Assembly (NCBI GenBank): GCA_963745835.1
Contig: CAVUZH010000025.1
Location: 128,001 to 192,000, forward strand
Length of the DNA: 64,000 nt
Direction of reading: 5' to 3'
Source: an uncultured delta proteobacterium
GTDB lineage: Bacteria > Desulfobacterota > Binatia > UBA9968
Part shown: positions 31,257 to 43,714 of the stretch, piece by piece
Numbering within the stretch: position 1 is the stretch's first letter
Layout of the letters: every line of letters starts with the position of its first letter
Translations under genes and position numbers: made by a program
The notes under the pieces: model-generated
The model's input: only the letters and a program-made list of their open reading frames with translations
Database searches by the model: none
What the model was told of the DNA's origin: nothing

Positions 31257-31796
31257 GTGATCTTTAAAGAAACTAAACTCCAAGGCGCTTATATCATTCA
31301 GGTTGAGCCTTTCGAGGACGAACGCGGATCTTTCGCTCGCACGTTCTGTCGCGAAGAATTCGAGACACGAGGTCTGAATTCGGCGGTGGCTCAGTGCAAC
31401 GTTTCTCAGAACCGTAGGAAAGGCACGGTTCGGGGCATGCATTATCAAATCGCGCCTCATGCCGAGGCGAAGTTGATCACCTGTATTGCCGGCTCGATCT
31501 ACGACGTCATTATCGATTTAAGACCCGGTTCAATCACCTGTTGCCAATGGATTGCGGTGGAGCTCAGCGCGCGCCATCCCCGTAACCTCCTCTATATCCC
31601 CGAGGGCTTCGCGCACGGATTTCAAACGCTCGAAGACGGTACCGAGGTTTTTTACCAGATGTCACACATTTATGTACCCCAGGCGGCTCGCGGAGTACGC
31701 TGGGATGATCCCGCGTTTGCGATCCGCTGGCCAGATGGTCCCCGAACGATATCGGAACGCGACCAGCATTATCCGGATTTTAGTCCCGCCACATGA
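31257..31796 (+). CDS. rfbC: dTDP/CDP-4-keto-6-deoxyhexose 3,5-epimerase (RmlC family)
   Basis: DERGSFAR, GTVRGMHYQ, E.KLI.C, DLRP.S, GFAHGFQTL, WDDP. Confidence 0.92.
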   Translation: MIFKETKLQGAYIIQVEPFEDERGSFARTFCREEFETRGLNSAVAQCNVSQNRRKGTVRGMHYQIAPHAEAKLITCIAGSIYDVIIDLRPGSITCCQWIAVELSARHPRNLLYIPEGFAHGFQTLEDGTEVFYQMSHIYVPQAARGVRWDDPAFAIRWPDGPRTISERDQHYPDFSPAT

Positions 31797-31875
31797 ACGT
31801 CTCGACTTTTTAGGAGGTCGTCACGACGTTTAGGCCCGTAATGCCGCTTTGACCAGCACTTTCAAAAGTAAGACT

Positions 31876-33229
31876 ATGCTCGTGGTAAGCCGATGTCAGT
31901 ACCTGAGCTTTTTCGTAAGAAACACTACAACCGCTTCATCGAATCTCGACAGAGCTAATGTGGGCGAGGAGATGTACCGGTTTGTTACTGACCTGTTTCC
32001 GATTTGCCGAAGTATCACCGGTAAAGGCGCGCGTGAAACACTGGCGCTGATCCAAAAGCATGCGCCCCTGGACATTCACGAGATTCCCAGCGGAACCCGG
32101 GTTTTCGATTGGATCGTTCCCAAAGAATGGAATATCCGAGAGGCTTGGATTAAAGATCCGGCAGGGAAAAAAATCGTCGATTTCGGAAATTCTAACCTTC
32201 ACGTGTTGAATTACAGCGCGCCGGTTCACGCCAGGTTATCGCTTAAGAATCTCAAAGAACATCTTTACTCGTTGCCGGAGCACCCTGATTGGATCCCGTA
32301 TCGAACCTCTTACTACAACAACAACTGGGGGTTTTGCCTGTCCCACAATCAGCTCCTAGGCCTTTCGGAGGGTGAATACGAGGTATTTGTCGATTCCTCG
32401 CTCGAAGATGGGCATCTGACATTTGGAGAGTGTTATCTCCGGGGAGAAACGGAAGCCGAGGTCCTGATATCGACGCATATCTGCCACCCGTCGCTGGCCA
32501 ACGACAACCTTTCGGGCATCGCTGGTAGCAACTTTTCTAGCAAAATATTTGAGCAAGCTTTCATCGAGATATTCTTACCGATTTCTTTTTATCCCGGGAA
32601 CCATTGGCTCGATCACCTGGCTCAGCTTAAACGAATCTCAGCTGTCCCGAATCAAACACGGGCTGGTACTGACATGTGTCGGGGACAGGGGAAAGTTTAC
32701 GTATAAGAAAAGCAGGCAGCGGAATGCTGAGATCGATCGAGCGGTGTCCGAGGTTCTCAAAAAATCGGGTGAGGCTTTCGAAGTCCATGAATTTTCGCCT
32801 TACGGCTATGATGAAAGGCAATACTGTTCACCAGGGTTCAATCTTCCCGTCGGTTGCTTTATGAGAAGCCCCCACGCGCAATATTCGGAGTACCACACTT
32901 CTGCGGACAATTTGGATTTGGTTCGGCCAGAATATCTGGCCGATTCATTTTCGAAGTGCTTAGCCGTCTTTGAGGTTCTGGAGCACAACCGCGTCTATTG
33001 CAATCAGAATCCGAAATGCGAGCCGCAATTGGGGAGGAGAGGCATCTATAGTCAAATAGGCGGCCGGACGGATGGTAAGACCCTGGAGTTGGCGTTGCTG
33101 TGGGTTTTGAATTTATCCGACGGAGAAAACAGTCTTCTAGACATTGCAGAAAAATCCAATCTAAATTTTTCTAGTGTCAGCAATGCAGCTCAAACGCTGC
33201 TAAAGACGGGCTTATTGCAGGAGGCGTAG
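31876..33229 (+). CDS. DUF4910/DUF2172 peptidase-M28-like glycan-locus protein with C-terminal wHTH, frameshift near 32523
   Basis: PICRSITG, FDW.VP.EW, IPYRTSYY, WGFC, HICHPSLANDNLSG; second frame YRFLFIPGTIG, YDERQYCSPG, YHTSAD, CEPQLGRRG, SLLDIAE. Start uncertain. Confidence 0.85.
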
Positions 33230-33326
33230 CACCAGAAAGCTACATATTCTTCGCGCGAGTTTGCATCCCCGTACCCCTAATTTTCCCATTTCCGAGACAA
33301 CGTCATCGGCCATTACCATATTAAGT

Positions 33327-33343
33327 CTGGCACATCCGTTGCT
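33327..33343 (+). promoter_or_regulatory. Sigma-54 (-24/-12) promoter
   Basis: CTGGCACATCCGTTGCT matches TGGCAC-N5-TTGC exactly; intergenic, ~60 nt before ATG 33404. Confidence 0.75.
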
Positions 33344-33403
33344 CTAGGTAATATAGTTGCGATCAACGGCTCAGTGAGTAGGAAGAATTCTGGTGGAGCA
33401 AAC

Positions 33404-35323
33404 ATGACCGCCATAAACGATCAATACCCGTTTGAGTCGGCAACCGACAGTGTGATGACACGCACTGTTCAGGGGATAATAAACTTTTGGAACCATGCGG
33501 CGGAGGATCTTTATGGTTGGAAGAAAGAAGAAGCCATAGGAAGAGTTAGTCATGATCTTTTAAAAACAAAGTTTCCCAAGCCGTTGGACGAGATCGATTC
33601 CGAACTCGTCAACAACGGTCGATGGGAAGGAAAGCTTGTCCATTCAACCCGAGATGGCGCTCGTATCGTCGTCGAAAGCCGTTGGACCTTGGATCGCACC
33701 GCGCCTTCCGGAGCGGTGGTCGAGATCAACGCGCCCTGTCCTGAACGGGAGACCGATCCTGAAGCGTGCCTAACGATCTCTAGCCGAAAACGCGACAACG
33801 TTCTTTTTGACAGCGCCGGATCGAAGCCTCGCTCCAGAGACAACACCGGCCGAGTATTAACCTATATCGGCTTACTGGCTCTTGCGGTAGCTTGGGTTTT
33901 TTACGTTGTATTTGGACACGAATTAATCCAGGACATCTATCATGGCCGGGCGGCACTTCCTTTTTTGGATCGAATCATGGAAGGGCGAGCCTTCACTCCC
34001 ATACAGAACTACCTCCAGGCGGCTGACAAACTCATGCTGCTTGGCACTGTTTGGCTGCTCACGATCTATCTCACTGTGGTGTTTTTACTGAAACGGCCAA
34101 TCGGGGCTTTATTAGCCGCCCTTTCTTTTATGGTAACGTCCTTTCTCGGGTTTTGCTTTTTCGAGTTAGCGCCGTCTCTTATTAAACCTTTTGGGCTAGA
34201 TGCGATTTCCTATTACGCCTATAAAGTAAATTTTCTCGACGACGAGGTACTCATTTATCGAGAAAAGCCTTTCAATCATGTTACCTATGAAAACTATCGG
34301 ACCGAACATTATTCTGCGCTCTATGGGATCGAAGTGCCGCCAGTTCACTTTGAGTGGATTACGGACAAAAACGGTTTTAGAAACGCCCACACACGGGAAT
34401 ATTCCGACATTATCGCCCTTGGCGATTCGTATCTCGAGTGGGGGAATACTGAAGCAGACACGTTCGTCAAGACGCTCGAAAACAAACTACCGGGGCTCAC
34501 AGCAACCAATCTGGGCAAATCCGGTTATGGACCTCCTCAATATCTTGAAGTATTGAACCGCTATGGTGTGAAGTATCGGCCGAAATATGCGTTGATGGCC
34601 TTTTTCGAAGGAAATGACGTTCTAGACACCAAAGCTTACTTTCGCTGGAAAAAAGGACAAACAGAGAAGCCGTCAGATCTTCATCGAATGGCGCAGCTTT
34701 CGTTCTTCCAGCGTTACTGGTTAGCCTTGGAAGCTCAGGCGACATTTATCACGAATAGCATCAGCTACTGGATCAACCTCGTTTTGAACAAGGTTGCTCA
34801 ACGCCAGGGTTATGCCTATGATACCCACCCGGACCTCGCTGTTCTAAACCTTGGGGATGGTGCCACCCATAAAATAAAGTTCGTAGAGAAACTCGACACT
34901 CGCTCTCCGAAAGAGATGTTGGCTAGCGAGGAGTGGCGCCAACTAAAGACGGTCCTGAGAGATGTTCGGGAGGTTTGTGAGAAGAACGAGATATCTCTAA
35001 TCGTGCTGTATATTCCAGCCGCTGCCCACATTTATGCGCAGTACTCCACCATACAGAGCGGAGAGAACTGGCGCAGAATCCGTGACCATCAGATCCAGGC
35101 AAAAATTAACACAGAAGAAGCGATGAACCAGATGGCTAAGGAACTCGATATCGACTTGATAAGTTTGACTCCTGTACTCGAAGAGGCCGCCAGCCGAGGG
35201 AAACTGCTTTATTATCCTCTCGACCCGCACTGGAATGCTGAGGGTACAGAGTTAGCTGCGAGTTATGTCGCCCAAAACCTAAAATCAAGATACCTGTCGG
35301 CCTCCAGTCCAGCGAATCACTAA
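33404..35323 (+). CDS. PAS domain + transmembrane segments + SGNH/AlgX-AlgJ-like periplasmic domain protein
   Basis: N-terminal PAS (FWNHAAEDLYGW.KEEAIG); 3-4 TM helices; GFRN, ALGDSY (catalytic Ser), NLGKSGYGP.QY, FFEGND, D.HWN..G (Asp/His); GGAG RBS. An alternative GTG start is at 33374. Confidence 0.85.
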   Translation: MTAINDQYPFESATDSVMTRTVQGIINFWNHAAEDLYGWKKEEAIGRVSHDLLKTKFPKPLDEIDSELVNNGRWEGKLVHSTRDGARIVVESRWTLDRTAPSGAVVEINAPCPERETDPEACLTISSRKRDNVLFDSAGSKPRSRDNTGRVLTYIGLLALAVAWVFYVVFGHELIQDIYHGRAALPFLDRIMEGRAFTPIQNYLQAADKLMLLGTVWLLTIYLTVVFLLKRPIGALLAALSFMVTSFLGFCFFELAPSLIKPFGLDAISYYAYKVNFLDDEVLIYREKPFNHVTYENYRTEHYSALYGIEVPPVHFEWITDKNGFRNAHTREYSDIIALGDSYLEWGNTEADTFVKTLENKLPGLTATNLGKSGYGPPQYLEVLNRYGVKYRPKYALMAFFEGNDVLDTKAYFRWKKGQTEKPSDLHRMAQLSFFQRYWLALEAQATFITNSISYWINLVLNKVAQRQGYAYDTHPDLAVLNLGDGATHKIKFVEKLDTRSPKEMLASEEWRQLKTVLRDVREVCEKNEISLIVLYIPAAAHIYAQYSTIQSGENWRRIRDHQIQAKINTEEAMNQMAKELDIDLISLTPVLEEAASRGKLLYYPLDPHWNAEGTELAASYVAQNLKSRYLSASSPANH

Positions 35324-35500
35324 GCTTCAGCCGTTCGCACTCGTCCACGTACGTTGTCGATTCGCCCGCGCGCGGACTGGACTGCATGAGGTCGTCGTCG
35401 CCCACTTCAGAACTGTTCAGTAACAAATCTACATGTTGATACTCCTGTGACAGTTGGTCAAAGCTGTTACGTAGGGCCTCCAAAGTAGAGACTCTCTTTG

Positions 35501-36451
35501 ATGGACACCGCATCTACAAATACCCTTCAACAGTCTTTTTTTGGCAAGAAAGTACTCATCACAGGCGCTAGCGGGTTTATCGGATCGCATCTGTGCCGTC
35601 GTCTGTCTGAGTCCGACGTAGAGCTACACGCGATCTCTAGGGTGAAACGTTCGGAGTGTGAGAGCAAGTTACGGTGGTGGCAAGGAGATTTGTCCGATAG
35701 CGTGATGACGCGCGAATTTGTGCGGGCAATCCAGCCGGACGTGATTTTTCACCTCGCAAGTCACGTAAAGGGCGCACGCAGTGTGGGAAACGTAATGCCG
35801 ACGTTTCGAAGCAATCTCCTCAGCACCGTTAATATCCTTACTGTTGCGAGCGAGGTCGGATGCCGCCGGATTGTATTAACCAATTCTCTTGAAGAACCGG
35901 ATCTAGGCGATCCGACTTCGATTCCAAGCTCGCCTTATGCTGCGGCGAAATGGGCGAGTAGCGGCTATGCGAGAATGTTCCATGCGCTGTATCAACTTCC
36001 CGTAGTCATCCTGCGTTTGTTTATGGTTTATGGACCTGCGCAACAGGATTTAGGAAAACTAATTCCCTATGTAACGCTCTGTTTGTTGCGTGGTGAAGTT
36101 CCAAAACTGACTAGTGGACGGCGCGATGTCGATTGGATTTATGTCGACGACGTGGTGGACGGGATTGTCGCTGCGGCCGAGGCAAGCAATGTCGAAGGGA
36201 AAACAATCGACATCGGCTCGGGAGAGTTAGTCTCGATTCGCAACGTGGTGGCATATTTAGTTCGTCTGACAAATTCAACCATACAACCCGTGTATGGCGC
36301 ATTGGCGGAAAGACCTCTCGAACAGGTGCGTAAAGCGAATGTCGCCGCTGCTCTAACCCAGATAGGATGGAAGCCGAAAACCCGCCTCAGGGAAGGATTA
36401 GAGAATACGGTAAACTGGTTTAGGGAAGAGACGAAAGAGGGTGGAGTCTGA
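35501..36451 (+). CDS. NAD-dependent epimerase/dehydratase (possible CDP-4-keto-sugar reductase)
   Basis: TGASGFIG, FHLAS, SPYAAAK, RLFMVYGP, DWIYVDD. Confidence 0.88.
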   Translation: MDTASTNTLQQSFFGKKVLITGASGFIGSHLCRRLSESDVELHAISRVKRSECESKLRWWQGDLSDSVMTREFVRAIQPDVIFHLASHVKGARSVGNVMPTFRSNLLSTVNILTVASEVGCRRIVLTNSLEEPDLGDPTSIPSSPYAAAKWASSGYARMFHALYQLPVVILRLFMVYGPAQQDLGKLIPYVTLCLLRGEVPKLTSGRRDVDWIYVDDVVDGIVAAAEASNVEGKTIDIGSGELVSIRNVVAYLVRLTNSTIQPVYGALAERPLEQVRKANVAAALTQIGWKPKTRLREGLENTVNWFREETKEGGV

Positions 36452-36494
36452 GTGTTCTGTCCTTTTTTGCCGGCACGAGTAAATCGTCAGGGTT

Positions 36495-37451
36495 GTGGGC
36501 CTAGTGTTACACAAATCAATTAAGCAGGTCGTCAAAAGGCTCCTTGGCATGCGAACTGAGTCGCAACCAATTCCAACACCAAACAAGACTCGGATATGGT
36601 CCATAGGAATTTACGCCGGGAAATCGCCGTTGGATCTCGGACCTGCGCACCCGGTCATCAATCCCGTTTTGACTAGCGATTCAGTATCGGACGTGCCTGC
36701 CAGCTTTGTTGCCGACCCTTTTATGCTGAAAGTGGATGGCACCTGGTTCATGTTTTTCGAAGTCATGAACGAACAATCCGGCCGGGGAGAAATAGGCCTT
36801 GCGGTTAGCCAGGATGCCCTGCAGTGGCGCTATCAACAGATCGTGCTTAAGGAACCGTTTCATATGTCTTATCCCTATACGTTCGAATGGCAGAACGCGT
36901 ACTACATGGTTCCTGAAACTTACCAGGCAAATTCCGTCAGATTGTATAAGGCAGTGGAGTTTCCTACCCGTTGGACACTCGTGACAACTTTGCTCAATGG
37001 GGATGACTTCGTCGATCCGACAATTTTTTATTTCAAAGATCGGTGGTGGCTTTTCACGGATCTTTCACGGCCGCCTTATTATGCGGGTACTCTTCGCCTG
37101 TTTCACGCTGCTCGGTTGGAAGGGCCCTGGGCTGAACATCCCAAGAGTCCTGTTGTGGAAGCAAATCCACATATCGCCAGACCGGCCGGTAGAGTTGTAA
37201 TTTGGGATGGGAGAGTCATCCGATACACCCAAGATTGCTGCCCCGAGTATGGCGTCCAGGTCCGGGCCTTCGAGATCACGGAACTGACATTAACAACGTA
37301 TCGCGAACAGGCAGTCGATCTTCCGCCGGTAATCCAAGCCGGTAGTAACAACTGGAACCAGTCGGGAATGCATCATGTGGACCCCCATTACATAGACGAT
37401 GGGCAATGGATCGCATGTGTAGATGGATGGTATTCGAAAGAGCTGAGCTGA
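36495..37451 (+). CDS. Five-bladed beta-propeller glycoside-hydrolase-like protein
   Basis: NPVL, FVADPF, MFFE, FHMSYPY, YMVPE, VDPT, GPW.EHP, ARPAG, GMHHVD. Start may be ATG 36549. Confidence 0.7.
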   Translation: MGLVLHKSIKQVVKRLLGMRTESQPIPTPNKTRIWSIGIYAGKSPLDLGPAHPVINPVLTSDSVSDVPASFVADPFMLKVDGTWFMFFEVMNEQSGRGEIGLAVSQDALQWRYQQIVLKEPFHMSYPYTFEWQNAYYMVPETYQANSVRLYKAVEFPTRWTLVTTLLNGDDFVDPTIFYFKDRWWLFTDLSRPPYYAGTLRLFHAARLEGPWAEHPKSPVVEANPHIARPAGRVVIWDGRVIRYTQDCCPEYGVQVRAFEITELTLTTYREQAVDLPPVIQAGSNNWNQSGMHHVDPHYIDDGQWIACVDGWYSKELS

Positions 37452-37473
37452 GAATCTAGCAGTTGGTGACACA

Positions 37474-38922
37474 GTGGCAGAGCGAATGCGTGATAAATTC
37501 ACATCTAGGTTTAAACGGCGTCTTAAAAACAATCCGCTCGTAATGCTTGCCCGTGATGCGAAGAATTTCGTCGGTTACACGGTTCGCGAATTTAACGGAT
37601 TCGACAGAAAACAGATTACCGTCAAACCGGCAAAGGCCAGCCGTGGAAAGGTGCTTCTCTGTTACGAGAATAAGGCATTTTTCGCTAAGCCCGGGGAGAA
37701 ACTGCCGGCTGACCATACCAACCGCTGGGAGTCGCTGCAGATAGCGCAGACTTATCTCAGACTCGGGTATGAAGTGGATGTGATAGGTGAAAACAACCAG
37801 CATTTCGTCCCTGCAAAGAATTATTCGTTTTTCGTGGGTAATCGCATCAACTTCAATCGAATTGCAGAATTAATAAACGAAGATTGTGTTAAAATACTTC
37901 ATATCGATACGGCCCATTGGTTGTTCCATAACACGGCCCAACACCAGCGGCTTCTCTCGTTGCAGCAGCGAAGAAAAGTGACCTTGCCGACACGAAGATC
38001 TTTGAACCCAAATACAGCCATCGAGTGTGCGGACTTTGCAACTATTCTCGGCAATGAGTTCACCATCAGCACTTATCAGTACGCCAATAAACCAATGTAT
38101 CGTGTGCCGATTTCCGCACCGGTCGAGTATCCCTGGCCGGAAGACAAGGATTTTGATGTTAGCCGCCGGCATTTCTTATGGTTCGGTAGCGCTGGGTTTG
38201 TTCACAAAGGACTGGATTTGGTTTTGGAGGCCTTTGCTGAGATGCCGGATTACCAGCTGACCGTTTGCGGACCAATCGATCATGACAGGGAATTCAAGAA
38301 AGCCTATTATAGGGAACTTTACAGCACCTCTAACATTCACACCATTGGATGGGTTGACATCGAGAGCCGTCAATTCCGGGAAATTACCGGCCGTTGCATC
38401 GCCTTGATCTATCCTTCCTGTTCAGAGGGCCAAAGCGGGGGAGTCGTCACGTGCCTGCACGCCGGCCTTATACCGATCATAAGCTATGAATCGGGCGTGG
38501 ATGTTGACGGCTTCGGCGTTGTTTTGAGAAATTGCTCTACAGAAAACATCAAGAATTCAGTTCAATTGGTTTCCGGTTTCTCATCTAATGAACTTGAAAG
38601 CAGGGCACGTAAGGCCTGGGAATACTCCAGAGCGAATCATACGAGAGAAAGATTTGCAGAAGAGTACCGAAAGAGCATATCGGCGATTCTCACTCGCCTT
38701 GGTCACCAAGAACGAACGGTAGAAGAAAGGACAAGTCTTGTCTCTCAGCAGAGTACTCCTTTTTCCGGGACTCGGGATTTAGCGATCCGTTCTCATCGCG
38801 GGATGGCAGGATACCGATCGAATTGGGATCCTGAGATCTCGAAGCTTGCTGGTATGCTGCTGCTTAGCCGGAAAAGCTCCTCTAGAAACTTGGGGAAAAA
38901 AGGCGAAAAAGCATTCGATTGA
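37474..38922 (+). CDS. Glycosyltransferase family 4
   Basis: HKGLDLVLEAF, YPSCSEG, CLHAGLIPI; the last ~70 aa look non-homologous. Confidence 0.82.
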   Translation: MAERMRDKFTSRFKRRLKNNPLVMLARDAKNFVGYTVREFNGFDRKQITVKPAKASRGKVLLCYENKAFFAKPGEKLPADHTNRWESLQIAQTYLRLGYEVDVIGENNQHFVPAKNYSFFVGNRINFNRIAELINEDCVKILHIDTAHWLFHNTAQHQRLLSLQQRRKVTLPTRRSLNPNTAIECADFATILGNEFTISTYQYANKPMYRVPISAPVEYPWPEDKDFDVSRRHFLWFGSAGFVHKGLDLVLEAFAEMPDYQLTVCGPIDHDREFKKAYYRELYSTSNIHTIGWVDIESRQFREITGRCIALIYPSCSEGQSGGVVTCLHAGLIPIISYESGVDVDGFGVVLRNCSTENIKNSVQLVSGFSSNELESRARKAWEYSRANHTRERFAEEYRKSISAILTRLGHQERTVEERTSLVSQQSTPFSGTRDLAIRSHRGMAGYRSNWDPEISKLAGMLLLSRKSSSRNLGKKGEKAFD

Positions 38923-39016
38923 ACGAGGCCAACGATTACTCGTTCGATTTGTTAAGACCGACTCTCGTCGCCGTCAAGCTTAGGTTACGGTGCGAGTATC
39001 GAGAAGGACTCTTAAA

Positions 39017-41023
<2,007 letters not shown>

Positions 41024-41258
41024 AGTCAATCGTCTGAACGGAATCGGGTAGAGTGTTACCCCGCTCCATCTTAACGGCCGGTAGACGATTAACGAAAGCT
41101 GCGGACTTTGTTAATGCTTCTACGAGTCCGGTCAGCAGATTATTCTACTAGAGTTTCACCTCAGCAGTTCACAGTTTACCAGATCCCATTCTTTCCATTA
41201 TCATAATCGCCAAGGACCGCACAGCCACGCTCGAAGACAACACTTGAGGCAAAATTAA

Positions 41259-43184
41259 ATGTTGAAAGAAATCACCCTGAAATATCGGCGGATTCCGATT
41301 GTCGCTTTCCATATGGCTTTGATCGTTGTGGCCAATTACCTGGCCTTCTGGATCCGATTCGACGGCGCGATTCCGGCTCACGAAAAGGAAATCATGCTGC
41401 GGATGATTCCCTGGTTGATGTTGATCCGCGGCCTGACCTTCGTGCCATTTCAGCTCTACAAAGGCTTATGGCGCTATACGGGAATCTGGGACCTCCGCAA
41501 TGTTATCGCCGGGGTGCTCGTGAGCACCGCATTGTTCTACATCACTGTTCATTGGATATTCACGGCCAAAAACTATCCTCTCTCGATCTTTATCATTGAC
41601 TCTCTTCTGCTCATTTTTCTTATGGGCGGCAGCCGTTTGACCCGCCGTCTGGTTTACGGCATCGGCCAGGCAAAGGAAGGCCGGCGGCTGTTGATCTATG
41701 GCGCCGGAGACGCCGGAGAAATGATAGTTCGGGATATAAGGAACAATTCTTCTTTTTACGGTTACCAGCCCATCGGCTTTGTCGATGACGATTCGAAAAA
41801 GATCGGCCGCAGAATTCATGGTGTTCAGGTCTTCGGCAGGAGAGAAGATCTACCCCGGATTATCACAGAGGAAAAGCCCGACGAGCTTGTGATCGCCATC
41901 CCATCGGCCAAGCCGGTGATGGTTCGTGAAGTGGTCAAGATCCTCGAGCCGTTCAAGATTCCGATCAGGACCCTTCCGCGAATTAGCGAACTGCGAAACG
42001 GCAACGTCGGCGTTAAGCAGATGCGCGACCTAGCCATTGAGGATTTGCTTGATCGAGCCCCGGTTGGTTTGGATCTCGAACCGGTGCGGACGTTAGTTAA
42101 GGGGAAGCGGATACTCGTCACAGGCGCGGGCGGCTCGATCGGTTCCGAGCTGAGCCGGCAGATTGCACGATATCAACCGGCGCAGTTGGTTCTTCTAGAC
42201 AATGGAGAAAGCGCTCTCTACGATATCAACACTGAGCTCGACCGCTCAGTGCAGCGCGTCGAGCGTGTGGCGGTCCTTGCCGATATCAGAGATGCACGAG
42301 CCATCGAAGAAATTTTTGCATCCCATGCTCCGCAAATTGTCTTTCACGCAGCAGCGTACAAACATGTGCCGATGATGGAAACCCATCCCAACGAAGCAGT
42401 CCTCAATAATGTGGTTGCAACCAATCGGCTGATGCGGTTTGCCATTCAATATCAAGTCGAAAGGTTCGTGCAGATTTCCACCGACAAGGCGGTCAATCCA
42501 ACCAACGTGATGGGAGCTACTAAACGGGTCGCCGAAATGTGCATACAGGCTTTGGCAAAGAGCGAACAAAGCCAAACGATTTTCACCGCCGTTCGCTTTG
42601 GTAATGTGTTGGGCAGCAACGGCAGTGTGGTGCCCTTGTTTCTAAAGCAAATCGAACAAGGCGGGCCCGTAACCGTCACCGACCCCGAGATCAGCCGCTA
42701 TTTCATGACGATCCCCGAAGCAGTATTGCTGGTGCTGCAAGCGGCGACACTAGCTAAAGGCGGCGACATCTTCGTCCTGGAAATGGGTGAGCAGATCAAA
42801 CTCATGGACATGGCGCGCCATCTCATTCGGCTGGCCGGCTTCGTTCCGGAAGAGGACATCCCAATTCACCTCGTCGGTCTTCGACCCGGCGAAAAACTCC
42901 GTGAAGAGTTGGTCGGCATGGACGAGATGCTGATCCCTGCAGAGGTTCAAAAAATATTTCGGGTGCAATCTGCGTGGCTTGCGGATCTGCGGTTTCTCAC
43001 AGCCAAAATTGACGAAATGGAAGAGATGGCACTTAAAGGCCAGTCCCGGCGAGCTTTAGCATTGCTGTACGAGACCGTACCGACTTTCCGGCCGGTGGAT
43101 CCCAAGACTGCAAAGCAAATCCGTCATCAAGGAACAAACAAAGAACCGACCCGCGCTTGGAAATTCGCTAGCCGCTCGGCGTGA
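41259..43184 (+). CDS. Membrane-bound UDP-sugar 4,6-dehydratase (CapD/WbpM/PglF family)
   Basis: 4 N-terminal TMs, [65 protein letters not shown]. Confidence 0.94.
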   Translation: MLKEITLKYRRIPIVAFHMALIVVANYLAFWIRFDGAIPAHEKEIMLRMIPWLMLIRGLTFVPFQLYKGLWRYTGIWDLRNVIAGVLVSTALFYITVHWIFTAKNYPLSIFIIDSLLLIFLMGGSRLTRRLVYGIGQAKEGRRLLIYGAGDAGEMIVRDIRNNSSFYGYQPIGFVDDDSKKIGRRIHGVQVFGRREDLPRIITEEKPDELVIAIPSAKPVMVREVVKILEPFKIPIRTLPRISELRNGNVGVKQMRDLAIEDLLDRAPVGLDLEPVRTLVKGKRILVTGAGGSIGSELSRQIARYQPAQLVLLDNGESALYDINTELDRSVQRVERVAVLADIRDARAIEEIFASHAPQIVFHAAAYKHVPMMETHPNEAVLNNVVATNRLMRFAIQYQVERFVQISTDKAVNPTNVMGATKRVAEMCIQALAKSEQSQTIFTAVRFGNVLGSNGSVVPLFLKQIEQGGPVTVTDPEISRYFMTIPEAVLLVLQAATLAKGGDIFVLEMGEQIKLMDMARHLIRLAGFVPEEDIPIHLVGLRPGEKLREELVGMDEMLIPAEVQKIFRVQSAWLADLRFLTAKIDEMEEMALKGQSRRALALLYETVPTFRPVDPKTAKQIRHQGTNKEPTRAWKFASRSA

Positions 43185-43420
43185 TTGATTGAAGCAATCA
43201 TCACGGAATCGGAGCGCGCGCAGCGGATCACGAAAAGTGATGACGACCAGATCATTAGAATCGTTGTTCTTGCATCTCGCTGCCTGCTGAGAGATGAAAA
43301 GAGCAACAAGCTGGAACAGCGTGTCGTAGTGGCACCGCCGTGCCTCTCAATCGGGCGAAGTGATCATCGTAGGTTCTGATGCCACGGCCAATAACCAGCT
43401 CAAAGCTCAGGGGGTTGCGT

Positions 43421-43714
43421 ATGAAACGGCGGACGGGCGTTCAGAGCAGGCTGGTGGAAGGCGAAATGATCGTTCTGGATAGAGAGCACGACTTGATCCA
43501 TCAATTCAATAAAACTGCGACTTTCATTTGGGAACATTGCGATGGGCAACGGTCGGCCGCCGATATTGCGAATGCGGTTTGTGAAAGTTTTGAAGTCGAT
43601 GAAGCCACGGCTACCAAGGAGGTCATTGAAACTCTCGAGAGGTTGCAAAATTTAGAGCTCATTGGAGATGATCAGACAAACGACAAACCAGAAAGGAGAA
43701 TTAATTATGTCTGA
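43421..43714 (+). CDS. PqqD-family protein / RiPP recognition element (RRE)
   Basis: EGEMIVLD, FNKTATFIWEHCDG, IANAVCESFEVD, V...LE.L...ELI pattern. Alternative start 43379. Confidence 0.88.
   Translation: MKRRTGVQSRLVEGEMIVLDREHDLIHQFNKTATFIWEHCDGQRSAADIANAVCESFEVDEATATKEVIETLERLQNLELIGDDQTNDKPERRINYV

Noticed and set aside
35136-35513. Minus-strand 125-aa ORF with SDR-like VDLLLNS
   Set aside because: Overlaps two well-supported + strand genes and has only one weak motif.
38700-38922. Extra C-terminal domain on the GT4
   Set aside because: Low-structure sequence with no motif; likely a tail or indel read-through.
43330-43345. Sigma-54 promoter before the RRE gene (TGGCACCGCCGTGC)
   Set aside because: GG-to-GC spacing is one base short. 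Similar off-by-one motifs near 11155, 19519 and 48173 were also not accepted.
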